Position numbers and translations under genes: made by a program. This document shows, in pieces, positions 49,154 through 60,953 of a DNA stretch of 64,000 nt. Under the pieces are notes generated by a model. That model did not search any database. It had not been told where the DNA came from and saw nothing but the letters and a program-made list of their open reading frames with translations. Numbering within the stretch: position 1 is the stretch's first letter; every line of letters begins with the position of its first letter. This DNA comes from Toensbergia leucococca (taxonomy: Eukaryota): positions 1 through 64,000 of the forward strand of contig JALDZS010000011.1 in assembly GCA_022813965.1 (NCBI GenBank), written 5' to 3'.

Positions 49154-51024
49154 TTAGCTCGGTGAAAGCGTAATTCTGGGAGTATTGGGGCTTATGGGAG
49201 AGAAAGGACCCAGAGGGCTGGCAGGACTTCTCGGCGTAGCCACAGAGTCCGGACTTGGCATCTCTCCCGCAGGCTCCTCCCTTGCGGGTAATTCGTAAAT
49301 CGGAGAATTAATTCGCCCGTCAAGCTCCGCCCCAAAATACTGCTTCCCATCCATCTCGTAGCCGGGCGATTGGGTGTGCTTGGCGTCCAGTTCCGATCCA
49401 GGGCTCTGAGCTTCTCGTACTTCGAGCTCCGTTTTCGCCTGTTGGACTGCGTCCACTTCGTATCCGGGCTTGTTCGTATCGCGGGCGTCGAGCTCGCTTT
49501 TGAGGTTGTGTATGTGGTCGTCCGAGGAAAGTGGTTCTTTTTTGTCGGATCCTCGTCGTTTATTGCGGCGTGGTTGGTAGACGAAGAAGTAGAGAAGGGC
49601 GAGTAATCCGAGGAGCAGTACGATACCTCCGATGCTGGCGCCTGCAATGTCGCCGGCAGATAAGTGATGAGAAGTTGATGACGTCTGATTGGCTGGGGAA
49701 GTGATGGCTACGACGTGCTGTACAGAATTTGCGTTCCATGAACATTGGGAGATGGAGAAATTACGTCGTTCGTAGTCTGCCGTCAGATAACTGATAAAGT
49801 ATTAGTATATTAATCATAATTACTTGCAGTAGTAAATAGTGTAGAAATTACTAACGCTTCTTGAAGGAAAGCTCGGCCAAGGGTGTACTGAGTATCGTTT
49901 GTGGCACGCATAAGGGGAAAGTACAAAGTAGCATTCTCCACTAAAGGATAGTCGGCGGTGAGATCAAATGCCGCATATGGGAGTGTAATGTCAACTGTTT
50001 TGCCGGCAGTGGCATTTCCGAGAGTAAATGTTACATTGGCATTTTGGGCCAACAATTTGGCATGCAAAGTATCATTTACTAGGTATGCCTGAACGTCATC
50101 GTCCCAGGTGATGCCAAAAGCGGCTTCAAAGCTCTGGCAGACGTTCAGGGGGAGGAAGATGTATGGTACAGTGGAATCGACAAAAGCGGCTACGGTTGTT
50201 GAGGAAAGAGTAGTGTTAGTGCTACCGGCAGTAAATGTTATAGCTTCGATATCAACGGTCAGATCCCGTATGTCTTCTTCATTAAAGGCAAAAGTCAAAT
50301 CGTTTGGCTCGAAGCGGGAGGTATCATAACCCCCAAGTATCAAGTTCCCAAGCACTTTATTCAGCCTATATTGGTTTCCTGCGGTGTAGCTCCAGGATAA
50401 AGAAGGGATCATGGACCGGTTCTTCAGGTTTTGCATATAGCTAGGGACAGGATCGTCAAAGGAAGTGAAGTTGCTGGGACGAGGATTCAAGCCGAAAAGA
50501 CCGAGATAAAACTCGGGGGTGGCGATGCCAGCGACGATCTGCTGTGAGAGCGATGGACCGCCGGATCCTTGCCAACCTAGAACAACGGTGTCGTATCCAA
50601 AAGACGCATTGGCACTATAGCCAAGGTTGTTCTCCAGCGCAGTCACAAAGAGACCATTGGTGCTTTGATTGTTCTGGACCCAGGTGGTGGATTTGTTGGG
50701 GAGAAACTCATTACCTCGTAAGGTGGAACAGTCGAGAGGATCAGAAGAGGTGCAAGCTTGGGGTAGGACGACCCAGGTTTGAAATGCGGCGGTGGATACG
50801 AGGACGTCGAGATCTTGGGCGGGGGTTCCGACTTGAAGGGTAAATGTCGACCACGGTCCATCGTTTCCTTGCCAATTTTGACTTGACGGAATGACTATAG
50901 GTGCTGGCACCGATGTTGCCCGTGGGCTCAATCGTAAATCGGGATGGTGAGCAGCGATGGCGGCATGGCTCGTGAAGGCGATTAGAGGAACTCTTGCGAT
51001 GAGAAGCAAGGCTGTATGGCGCAT
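49154..51024 (-). CDS. Type I membrane aspartic-peptidase (A1) fold protein, likely catalytically inactive; intron ~49792-49856
   Basis: Signal peptide; GNDGPWSTF..VGTPAQ; first lobe VLVSTA instead of DTG, second FVDSTV; LGRAFLQEAY; TM IAGASIGGIVLLLGLLALLYFF; cytosolic ELD/EMD repeats. Confidence 0.85.
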
Positions 51025-51527
51025 GGCGGATTCGAGCAATGTCGAACAAAGGCGGTATTTAGCAAATAAACAGCTTGATCTGAACCATTATCCATTGGCC
51101 ATGATAGTGAGATGGACAGAGGAGGCTGCTGTCGGAACTCGATAGAAAGGCGCGAAATGTGAAAAAGTCACAATGACGAGAAGTGCGGATACAGGTACAT
51201 GGTGAAAATATCCCCCACCTCCATCTTTCTGGTTCCAGATGCTAGGAGAGATGCGGATAGCTACATGTCCTTTGCACTAGACGGTAAGCCCTGCCACAAG
51301 CATGCATTAATGATTAATGTGGCTGCATGCCGTTCCCGTCAAGTTGCAAGGTTTCACATTGAATGTGGACTCGGGTGGAGCCTCCGACGATTGTTCTGTG
51401 AAAGTACTCATGAATATATCTGTCTGGCTGACTTTGGTTTTAGAGGGTCACTTGGTACTTTGTACAAGATCATGAGCCCCTTTCTTTTCTCCGTTGATTG
51501 AAGGTGATGACCCTAAATCATTGAATG

Positions 51528-51559
51528 ATATTCATATTCATATTCATATTCATGTTCAT
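51528..51559. repeat. (ATATTC)n hexanucleotide microsatellite
   Basis: atattcatattcatattcatattcatgttcat seen directly. Confidence 0.85.
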
Positions 51560-52235
51560 ACTCAGGTGGACTCGTGACTTTATTAAGGGCGGAAGCTAGA
51601 GTATGATGCTAATGACTTAGCGCTCTTTTTGCCAGGCTTAAATGCAACGACAAGTCGACAACGAGATTGGCGGCACCTGACTCGTCGGATTTCTACGCTC
51701 AAGCCAGCATCAATCATTAGTCGATGCGCCACCATGGAATCACCAGGTCTTCTCTCGACTTTCAAAGAGGGGAATCACAACCATTTTCACCATCCTTCCT
51801 GTCGCAGGACTCGGCGAATCCATCTGGTGCATACAGAGCATTACTCCTCCCACTAGAATACGATCGATACACCACCTCAAAGACTTCATGTGGTGATCTT
51901 CACACCCTCCACGCTGCAGGCACAGTCTCATGAGCATGCGTGCCGTGCTATAAAAAACATGAACAGGCACGTTTGCTTCCGTAGTCCAGCCTTGTCGACC
52001 GTGTTTGCCGCTAACGCCGTGCATTTGCATGTCTTGACCAATGATACTTTGCATGCTATGTTTGTGGCGTTCCATAGTCTAGCTTTACTTCGGCTCAACA
52101 ATGTTCAAGATACAAGAAATCTCCCGTGCCTCAGCCTTATTGTCTAAACCTTCCAGCCTGATGTTGTCAAGTTTCGGAAGACAGTCTTTTTTCTCTTTGA
52201 TGTGTAATCACTTTCTTTGATCTTCACGTATCGTC

Positions 52236-55037
52236 ATGTCTATCGTCAGGCTCGTTTTGTTAGCCGCTCTTTTGACATATCATGCCATTGCTGATAGCTT
52301 CCCGCGGCGGAGTATGTAGTGCAATGTTATGCGACAGAAGATTTCTTTGACTGATTTGTGAAGCTGCTGCAGCCTACTTCCCTGCGAGTAATACATCTAC
52401 GGCCGCACCATCAATCGTTACTGGTGCCCTAGCCTCCAACTCCTGCTGTTTTGTCTTTCAAGATCTAGTCGAGGAAAGATGGTTTGCAAGTGAGTACTCT
52501 GTCTTGTCAACCAACAATCCTTCAATAACACGAGAAGATTACTCGACAACATATTTCTACTATGAAATCAACGTCACCTCCCTCATTACTTCCGTTACAC
52601 AGTACATTGATACGACTGTCACCAATTACAATACAGTCGTCACAACCAGCAATTCTACTGCCTCACAAATACACGACATCGCAACAGATCAAATTGGTCT
52701 TGTAGACAATCGAGCCCCTGGGCCTTCAGAGACAGCAACAGAGTTACAAGGGACGATAGTAGTTACGGCTGGAACAACTGTGTCAGTGAATTAGTCCGGT
52801 TTCAATTCTACAAGGACGAAACTGACGGCTTCATCAGAACATCACCTCAAGCCTTCTACGTTTATTCTACAATCAAGATTGTCACTGCCCAAGCCGTCAC
52901 CTCAAGCGGACAGGTCGTCTGCGGTACTGAATCAACCTACTCTACAATTTCTCCCATCTCGATTCCGGCAGCTACAAGCACCTTCACGTACACATTTGGG
53001 ACTGAAATTCCTGACGAGCCTCCTACCTTAACAACGACCTATACTTATTCTGCCTACGTACATAATGCTACTACAATCACATACTCGGGCATCAACTCGT
53101 ATGCAGAAGCCTACTTTGGTTACTTGGGCTTTGGGGGTGCTTACTCCACAGACCCGAGCCTGTCTTTTAATACATTTACGGAAAGTCCTTACACAGTCAA
53201 TGGTTATACCCAGAACCAAACAATATTCACGGACACGTACACCTCATATCAGTCTTTTGGCGTCACCAACCCGGCTGGCTCCATCATCGCTAGTCTCCCA
53301 AAACCTACAGGGGTCACGATCTCATTCTCTGAACCGTTCATCTATCTACCTTCATATGGAGCCACAGAAGGTGTGAATGCAGATGAAGGAGGAGGTGATC
53401 AGCCAGACCAGGGAGAGAATTGTGAGTTGGACGGCGTTGGATTCTTGGACAAAGTAGATTTTGGTTATGTCCCACAGGATCTTATCGAATGGGTGGTCAA
53501 AAACCCCGATTACCTTCAGCAATATCCTGGACTTGAGTCTTGCTTACCAGGGGGACCTTCAATTTTACTCCCCACTGCATGTACAGAAGTATCTCCAGCC
53601 TCTGAGAGTGCTGCTCAGGATTTGACAACTTCAACGGCCGTCACAGTCACCAGCTCGGGCTGTTTTCGTCCAGGACACTGTCGTGTTGACGCTGCATCAA
53701 CATCACGTCAAGCACCAACAACACTTCCTTTAACCTCAAGTCCGACTAGCGAATTCTCAAAAGCATTAGCAGAGAGTAATACACAAACTTCACCTACTAG
53801 CACTCCTATGACTTCCATCCAGCCCACATCGAGTCAGTCAGCATCAAGTCCACACACGCTTCCGGAATCTCCAGGTCCCGAAAGTACTGCAATATCCCTA
53901 ATAGCAACCAACGCACAGCAACTCGGCAGCATTATAGCCAGCGCCTTTGGTTTTACTGGTACGGCTACCGCAGTCACTTCTGAGACCACCGTCTCCAGTA
54001 ATCCCGTAACCCCCACTGCGGGCGGCCAAACTGTAGCCACGAGTGCTTCCCCTCCCAGCGTCTCGGAAGCAGCAGCCCCACAGGGAAGCCAAACCACAGT
54101 TGGAAGTGTTACAGTGGCTGCCTCTGGGGTCACGATTGGTTCCTCCATCATTACGGCGAATTCGGCATCCCAATATATTGTCGGTAGTCAGACGTTAGTT
54201 CCGGGCGGGTCAGCACTTATTCTGTCAGGGACTACCGTTTATCTTGCACCCTCAGCAAGTGCAATAGTCATCGGTGGCAGTACCACCGCATTGCCTACTT
54301 CCTCCCAATCCGCTTATGTCGTCGAAGGACTGACTCTTATCCCTACAATTCTTGCCGGTAGTGCGGTCTCTGCTGGATCATCGAATACTGCCGCTTATGT
54401 CATCCAAGGCCAAACCATTGTTCCAGGTGCTCCAGCAGTCACTATATCAGGTGTCACTGTCTCTCTTGCGTCATCAGCAACCGCGGTTGTTGTTGGTGGC
54501 AGTACAGCAGTTCTTCCTGCCATTTCTGAACCCGCAATAAAGCCTGCGCCAGTCCTCACAATCGGCAGTCAACTAGTGACTGCTAATTTGGCTTCGGAGT
54601 ACCTGGTTGGAAGCCAGACGCTAGTCGCCGGTGGTTCCGCCATCACTGTTTCGGGAACTGTGGTGTCTCTCGCACCTTCAGCTACTGCAATTGTTGTTGG
54701 CGGTAGCACAGCCATCGCATCCCCTATAGTTCAAACTTCTGCCAGCTCAGAGCCCGTCATTACGATCGGTGGTCAATTAGTAACTGCAAATTCGGCCTCG
54801 AACTATGTTATTGGTAGCCAGACGCTTGTCCCTGGAGCACCAGCAATCACCCTTTCAGGAACTTTGGTGTCCCTGGCGCCATCTGGAAGCGACGTTGTAA
54901 TCGGCGGTAGTACAGCTGTACTTTCTGGCACAGGATCGCCCGTGGCATTCGCAGGCAGCGGGCACTTCCATAGGCCGAGCTTATCGAACACAGCTTTGGC
55001 AATCGGGCTGGGACTTTTAGGGATTCTTGTGCTATGA
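52236..55037 (+). CDS. Secreted Ser/Thr-rich cell-surface protein with beta-strand repeats and probable GPI signal; multi-exon
   Basis: Signal peptide MSIVRLVLLAALLTYHAIA; about 4 repeats of TANSASxYxVGSQTLVPGGxAITxSGTxVSLAPSA..IVVGGST; hydrophobic C-terminus AIGLGLLGILVL*. Confidence 0.8.
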
Positions 55038-55803
55038 GGCGATGAACAAGGCACGAGTAATGGTTCCGGCGTTCGTGGAAACCCTGATCGTGTCAGGTGG
55101 GTAAAAGGTTTGTCTTCTCGTCATAGCAGGTTTCCTCAACTACAAGTGCCATCAAATTTATGGAACTGGCAATACTGGGAGGTATTCAAGCTGACTCCGC
55201 TACGATTAGGGTCAGAAGTTCTGGAAACCCGTATTTCTTAGTGTTCCTGTCCTAGCCTTACCCAAGTCGGTCCCGTTTTCCCTGCCAATTCTGAGCACGC
55301 AGTTCGATTCTACCCTAATGTAATGGGCTCATAATTGGAGAAAGTCTGACGGGTGGACATCATATGCGTCATCCTTCCAGAATGCACTCATTGCAAGGTG
55401 GTTTTGGGAAACCCCTATGCTCCCCTGGTGGTACTCCTAGTGTGATCTTGAAGAGTCGAAGCTACGTACGAATAGGTCACACCGAGTGCTAGATCGCAAA
55501 CATGTGTAGAATCGGCCAGTGGTTCATATATGCCCTTGGTGAAGTTGCTGGCGGTTGAGGCATGAAACGCGGGTTTCGCGCATGTCGGATCCTTGACGAT
55601 TGAACGTACCCATAACGAGCCCAAGTGGTGCAAGACCCTCGGACTGGCGTTATCTTGTCCCCTACATTCATTCTTCTAGACATCGACATTGGCCCGTCGG
55701 ACGCTAGCAAAGGCACCCGCGTCCCTTTCTTTTTCTCTCCACATTTCTCTCGTTTCACCGAGTATATCTTTAATTTCAGTTCCATTGACTACATGTAGTC
55801 ATT

Positions 55804-56562
55804 ATGCTTCTCTCATCTACCTTGGCTTTACCACTTTGCGTTTTCGCCTTTTCCGCAGCAGGCGCCCTGTCGCACTTGCCACGGAACGAGACTACGGCCA
55901 CATTCCCCTTTCCCATCGTCGCTCCGCCACAACTTGACAAACGTGTCGTTTCGACCCCTAATCGGCAATGCCCTTTTGGTGCACTATTTGGAGGCTCTAG
56001 CTGCAACACGTGGATACACCCTCGCAGATTCACAGTGTCATGCACCCGCCGGACACACCCTGTTGAATTTAAAGCGTATGATTGTGCCCCCAATCAGGTC
56101 TGTATGGATGGACCGCCAACAGTCGATGAAACGCCTGCCTTCCATAACGATATAAACCCAGTATTACGATACATCCCGACCTGTTACTGCGTCGTGGCGA
56201 ATGACTATGCCCGCCTTGCTAAAATCGATGAAGGACACACCATGCCAGGGGAGATTGCTATGAGCTACGAGCCGACTTCATATGGACGAGCAACGACAAT
56301 TGTCAATGCCATCTTGACGGATGAAACGGGTCAGAACATTGTTAATGCGACGTACCTTGTCATCCGGGCGCAGAAGGTTCAGGATGTTGTGGGGAAAGTT
56401 TCTTGGTTGGATCTGCCTGGTGGAGTAGAGAGCTGTGCGCATTGTGCGAGTGTGGGGATCGAGGCTGTGCCGGAGGGGACGGAACGGATTGATGTTTCGG
56501 TCGGGGGCTTGGAAGGGAATGTGCAAGGGGCTTTGCTCTATTTGGCGAGTCTGTGGTCTTGA
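55804..56562 (+). CDS. Secreted Cys-rich Kex2-processed protein (FOLD/SIX6-like effector candidate), paralogue of 8744-9589
   Basis: Signal peptide; LDKR; C-x10-C-x12-C-x13-C-x5-C…CYC; AQK…W..LPGG…CAHC…VPEGT. Confidence 0.8.
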   Translation: MLLSSTLALPLCVFAFSAAGALSHLPRNETTATFPFPIVAPPQLDKRVVSTPNRQCPFGALFGGSSCNTWIHPRRFTVSCTRRTHPVEFKAYDCAPNQVCMDGPPTVDETPAFHNDINPVLRYIPTCYCVVANDYARLAKIDEGHTMPGEIAMSYEPTSYGRATTIVNAILTDETGQNIVNATYLVIRAQKVQDVVGKVSWLDLPGGVESCAHCASVGIEAVPEGTERIDVSVGGLEGNVQGALLYLASLWS

Positions 56563-56909
56563 TTATAAGGTAAATGGGAGGCGATGGGATACCTAGTCAG
56601 AATAATGTTACCTCTTCTTGCCAGTGACGTGATACCATCTATCCTTGAAAATTCAACAGGTCGATGAGGCATCCACTCGCTTGGTGTACTCGAGCAAAAG
56701 CAAAGAAAACAATCTGAGCCAGAACCTACCTGACCCGACGAGGAATCCCTATCTCATGCAGAAACATTAAATCAACGTCCCCTCTTTCTGGTATTCTACG
56801 ATTTACAACAAATCCCCCCCCCCTCCTTCACCCTCCCAAAAAAAAAACAAAGAAAACCATCATCTCAGCAGATCCCCCCCCCGCCAGCGCCCCCCCCAAA
56901 AAAAAACAA

Positions 56910-57871
56910 ATGACCCTCCCCACCATCCTCATAATCCCCGGCTTCTGGGTCGGCGCCCCCCCCTTCGCCCCCCTCGCCTCCCACCTCCAAACCCAAGGTT
57001 TCCCAACCGAGATCTTCGTCCTCCCCAGCACCGGCACCACCTCCCCCGGCAACCCCAGCATGCGCGACGACATCGCCGCCATTCGCGCCGTTTTGCTGCG
57101 GCTTGTGGAGGTGGAGGGGAGGGAGGTGGTTATGGTTTGCCATTCTGCGGGGGGGTTTTTGGGGGCGGGGGCTGTGGAGGGGTTGGGTGTGAGGGAGAGG
57201 AGGAGGAGGGAGGGGGAGGGGAAGGGGTTTAGGGGGGGAGTGAAGAGGTTGGTTTTTGTGGCGGGGGCGGTGTTTGAGGAGGGGTGGCGGCATGGGCCGT
57301 TGGGGTTTTTTGAGTATCATGTATGCTGCCCCTTTTTCGCTTTTCCCCCTTTCTTTCCCCCTTTTCCTTCCCCCCTTTTTTTTTTTTTTATCATGGAAAA
57401 ACATCCACTCCCCCATGCCTCTTTTTCTCAAAGCCACACCAACCCCCCCCCTTCTCTGCTACTCTCCCAAAGCCTTTTTTTTTTCTTCTTTTCTAAACAA
57501 AAAACTCACCCCACTCCTCCCCTTTTTTTAATCCATCTCCACAGAACGGCGCCCTAACCTGCAACCTCCCCCTCCAAACCCTCTACAACGACCTCCCCCC
57601 CTCCCACCCCTCCCTGCCCCACCTCCTCCAATCCCTCCAACCCCAACCCGCCTCCGGCTGGGACGACGCAATCACGTACGCCGGCTGGCGCGATGTGAAG
57701 AGTGTTTATTTGGTCTGCGAGGCTGATGCTGCGGTCTCGGCGGAGGAGCAGGAGAGGATGGCGCTTGGGGCGGGGTGTGAGGTCCGCAGGTGTGGGGGGG
57801 GGCATATGGCGGTTTTTAGTATGCCGGAGGTTGTGGGGGGGGTTGTTGTGAGCGCTGCTGTGGGGGTGTGA
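56910..57871 (+). CDS. Alpha/beta hydrolase (Abhydrolase_6-like); intron ~57321-57544
   Basis: ILIIPGFW, CHSAGG nucleophile elbow, LYNDL, YAGWRDVKSVYLVCEADA, GGHMA. Confidence 0.85.
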
Positions 57872-58109
57872 GTGAGGGTTTGTGAGGGGGGGTTTTTTAG
57901 GGGATGGGTTGGGAGGGAGGGGAGGGGGAATGATGTAGATGAGTTGAGGGATGTTTGGATGGTTTCTTGATTTGAGTTGACGTGTTTTTGTTTGTGAAGA
58001 AGTGTGATGATTTTCTGTCTCTGGATTTATTCTGAATGTTTGACACCGATATCAAAGTATGAGCACTGAAAAAGGACTGCTTGATTTATATGACTGATTC
58101 GTTCTGCTT

Positions 58110-60597
58110 TTATGTATCAATGCTTCGATCAGCTTCGATCAAACGCCTAACGTTGCTCAGACTCTGCTCAATTGACCCTTCTTCTGAAAGATCTGACACT
58201 TCAAGCTTTTTGTGTCCTTCTAGAGCCCGCTGATACATATCCTCCGCCTCTGCCAGCTTGCCCTGATCAGCATAGAGCTTGCCCAACTTGGCGACAACGT
58301 CGAGTGTAGTCGGGTGTATCAAACTCAATGCTTCCTCATATCCTCTTAGAGCCCGCAGATACATATTCTCCGCTTCTGCCAGCTTGCCCTGATCAGCATA
58401 GAGCTTGCCTAACTTGGCGACAACGTCGAGTGTAGTTGGCTGCATCGGACCCAACCTTGTCTCATATCCATTCAGTGCCCGTTCCAGCAGTCCCTGCGCT
58501 TCCACCAACTTCCCATCGATCGCAAATAACGATGCCAGATTACTGACGCTAGCCAATGTGTCTGGATGCTCCGGTCTCAGCACCTTCTCCCTTCCTTTCA
58601 AAGCTCTTTGACTCATCTCCTCAGCTTCTTTATATTTCCCCTGAGATTGAAGTATTATGGCCAGACTATCAACGCTGGCTAATGTGTCTGGATGCTCCGC
58701 TCCCAGCGCTTTAATTCTCAGCTTCATCACCTGTACCTCCAGCCTCTCTGCCATCTCATAAAGTCCCTGGGTACAATACGTGGATGCTAGTGTAGACATG
58801 CTCACCAATTCTTCACTTGTATATTTACTGTGAGTTCGGTACAGCGTAAGAAATGCTGCGAACGCGAAAATGGTGGTCTGTTTTCGTGAGATAATGCGCC
58901 ACCCATGACCACAGTCATCCCGAACCCACTTAGAACCCTTTGAAATGACATCTTGGTCTGGGAAGCCACAGACATCATCAGAGCCTAGTGAAAGATCTTG
59001 ATCTGGGACGAATTTGGGTAGCGCAAATAGAGCCACCTGCTGAAGATGGTGGCCCAAATGTCGCCTGAACTGGTCAAGATCGACTAAAAGTATTTCCTCG
59101 TCAGTTTTGAGGCTTGAATCTACTTTTACCCATGAGCCATTGCAGAATGGGCATTCATTTGGTCGGATGGAGTCAATTGGTCTTCTCGATTGGTCGACAA
59201 AGGTGGAGAGCTGTCGATCCGAGACAAAATCACGGTGGCGCTGGCTGGTGTGCTTTTTAAGATCATCTGAAGAATGGAAGGATGTGACGCACTGTGAGCA
59301 AATCCACTGAGTGCGATGTATCAGAAGCTCATGTTCGAACCAAGCGTGTTGTGACTGAAAGCTGTCTAGACCACAGGAGGAAAATGTACAAATATAAGGC
59401 TCTAGATCCCGGAGTACATGCTTCCTAAAAATACTTAGCAGAGCTTCAGTGACACAAGTTTATTCTCGCGGACCTCCATTGATTTTCTGAGCCTTCACGC
59501 TTCAATTGCAGAACTACTAGACAATAGGGACATAGGAATGGCGAGCCGCTCTGAGCCGCAGCTGGTACCGGAGGAAACGTAAGTTCCTCATCTGAAGTCT
59601 CGGCAACAGAAGTGGCGATAGACACTACTGACGTGGCCGGCGGTATTTCATACATTTCAAGCATTCGAGGCTGTGTAGCTGCATCAAGTACAAATAGAGT
59701 AGCCTCGGTCTCCGCGATTAGGCTGGGTTTCGTCTCTGTTGTCACAATTGACTTAACAGGTTCAGGGATTTGAGCTATGACCCCTGGCTGTTTTTGAATT
59801 ATTGGATCCGAGTCATCTTTGGAATCCATTGTTGACAGGCGCACATCGTGATCTCTGCGATACTTGAAATACTGGCGCCGTCTTGCATTCGCCTCACCCA
59901 GGCAAGCCGCGAGCGTTATATTCTTGTGCCTCAACGATGGATATCGGTCGTTAACGTACATGACATCAGCACGATTATCAAAAGCTTTTGTTTTAGCTGC
60001 GCGTTGACGTTTATCTTCTGGTGCAAACCTTCGGATGAATATTGAAGCTTTGAATAAGCTGTCGATTCCTGTACCAATAGCTGAGATGAGCTCTTGAATC
60101 TCCGAAGTTGGAGCCAGAGCATTTCTTCCAGAGCCTGAGCTCAGAATTGACGATGTGTCAGACCCGCTAGAGGAGAGATTGTATTCGAAGAGATCTGTAT
60201 CCAATTCTATGATAGAAGGGCCAGTCTTCCTATTCTCGAGTCTGCCGGCAGCGATGTCGGTCGCTAGATGATATCAGTTGACCCTAACATGTGTTGGTGG
60301 ACTCTTACCAGCTTGAATCGAGGCACACAGATCTATAAGAGTGTTGAGGATAGAGTCTCTAACCAGAGGAGCATTCCGGAGGCGATGCTCGAGCGATAGA
60401 GTAGACTCGAAATGTTGTAGAGCGCCGAGGTTGCCAGCCCACTGATTGTATCGATCCTCCATTTGCTGCACTTCCCTAACATGTAGGAAGTCCCTCACGC
60501 AGCAGTCATTAGTTGTCACTGCTGCCCATAGCTTGGTGATGCCTTTCTGACAACTGATGGCGACCGACGTGATTGTGGGTGTCTTTTGATCCTCCAT
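58110..60597 (-). CDS. Protein with helical N-domain (WAGNLGA…SLEHRLR), C2H2 zinc fingers and C-terminal TPR repeats; introns ~60265-60308 and ~59425-59473
   Basis: RYNQWAGNLGA; ANARRRQYFKY; FLCPYC…WRKHVLRDLEPYICTF; CPFC…HLGHHLQQVALFALP; LGAEHPDTLASV-type TPRs. Confidence 0.85.
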
Positions 60598-60953
60598 CTT
60601 CTCCGATTAAACAAGTATCCATCTACAGGTTTCACTCGTTTAAGAAGAAAAATTTAACTGTGTCAACTATCTATTATGGATCAAATGACTACTTTGGACC
60701 CACTTAGGATATTTTGCTTGGCCATTTGCTCCCAAAGTGACTTTTCGACTGGGTAAAAGGGTTTCGATAGGCAAAGGTACGCCGTCGCGGGGTTCTGGTA
60801 GAGACTAGCCAATGATATTGTTGTATTAAGACCCCACAGTTGAGCAGCGAATCTCGAGGGATTTGAGCCTGAAACATATCATAGCTGACAGACTTGCTCA
60901 TGTCGTTTCTAAGGGTCTCACGACCTATGACCAAGTAAACCAACATAATAAGA

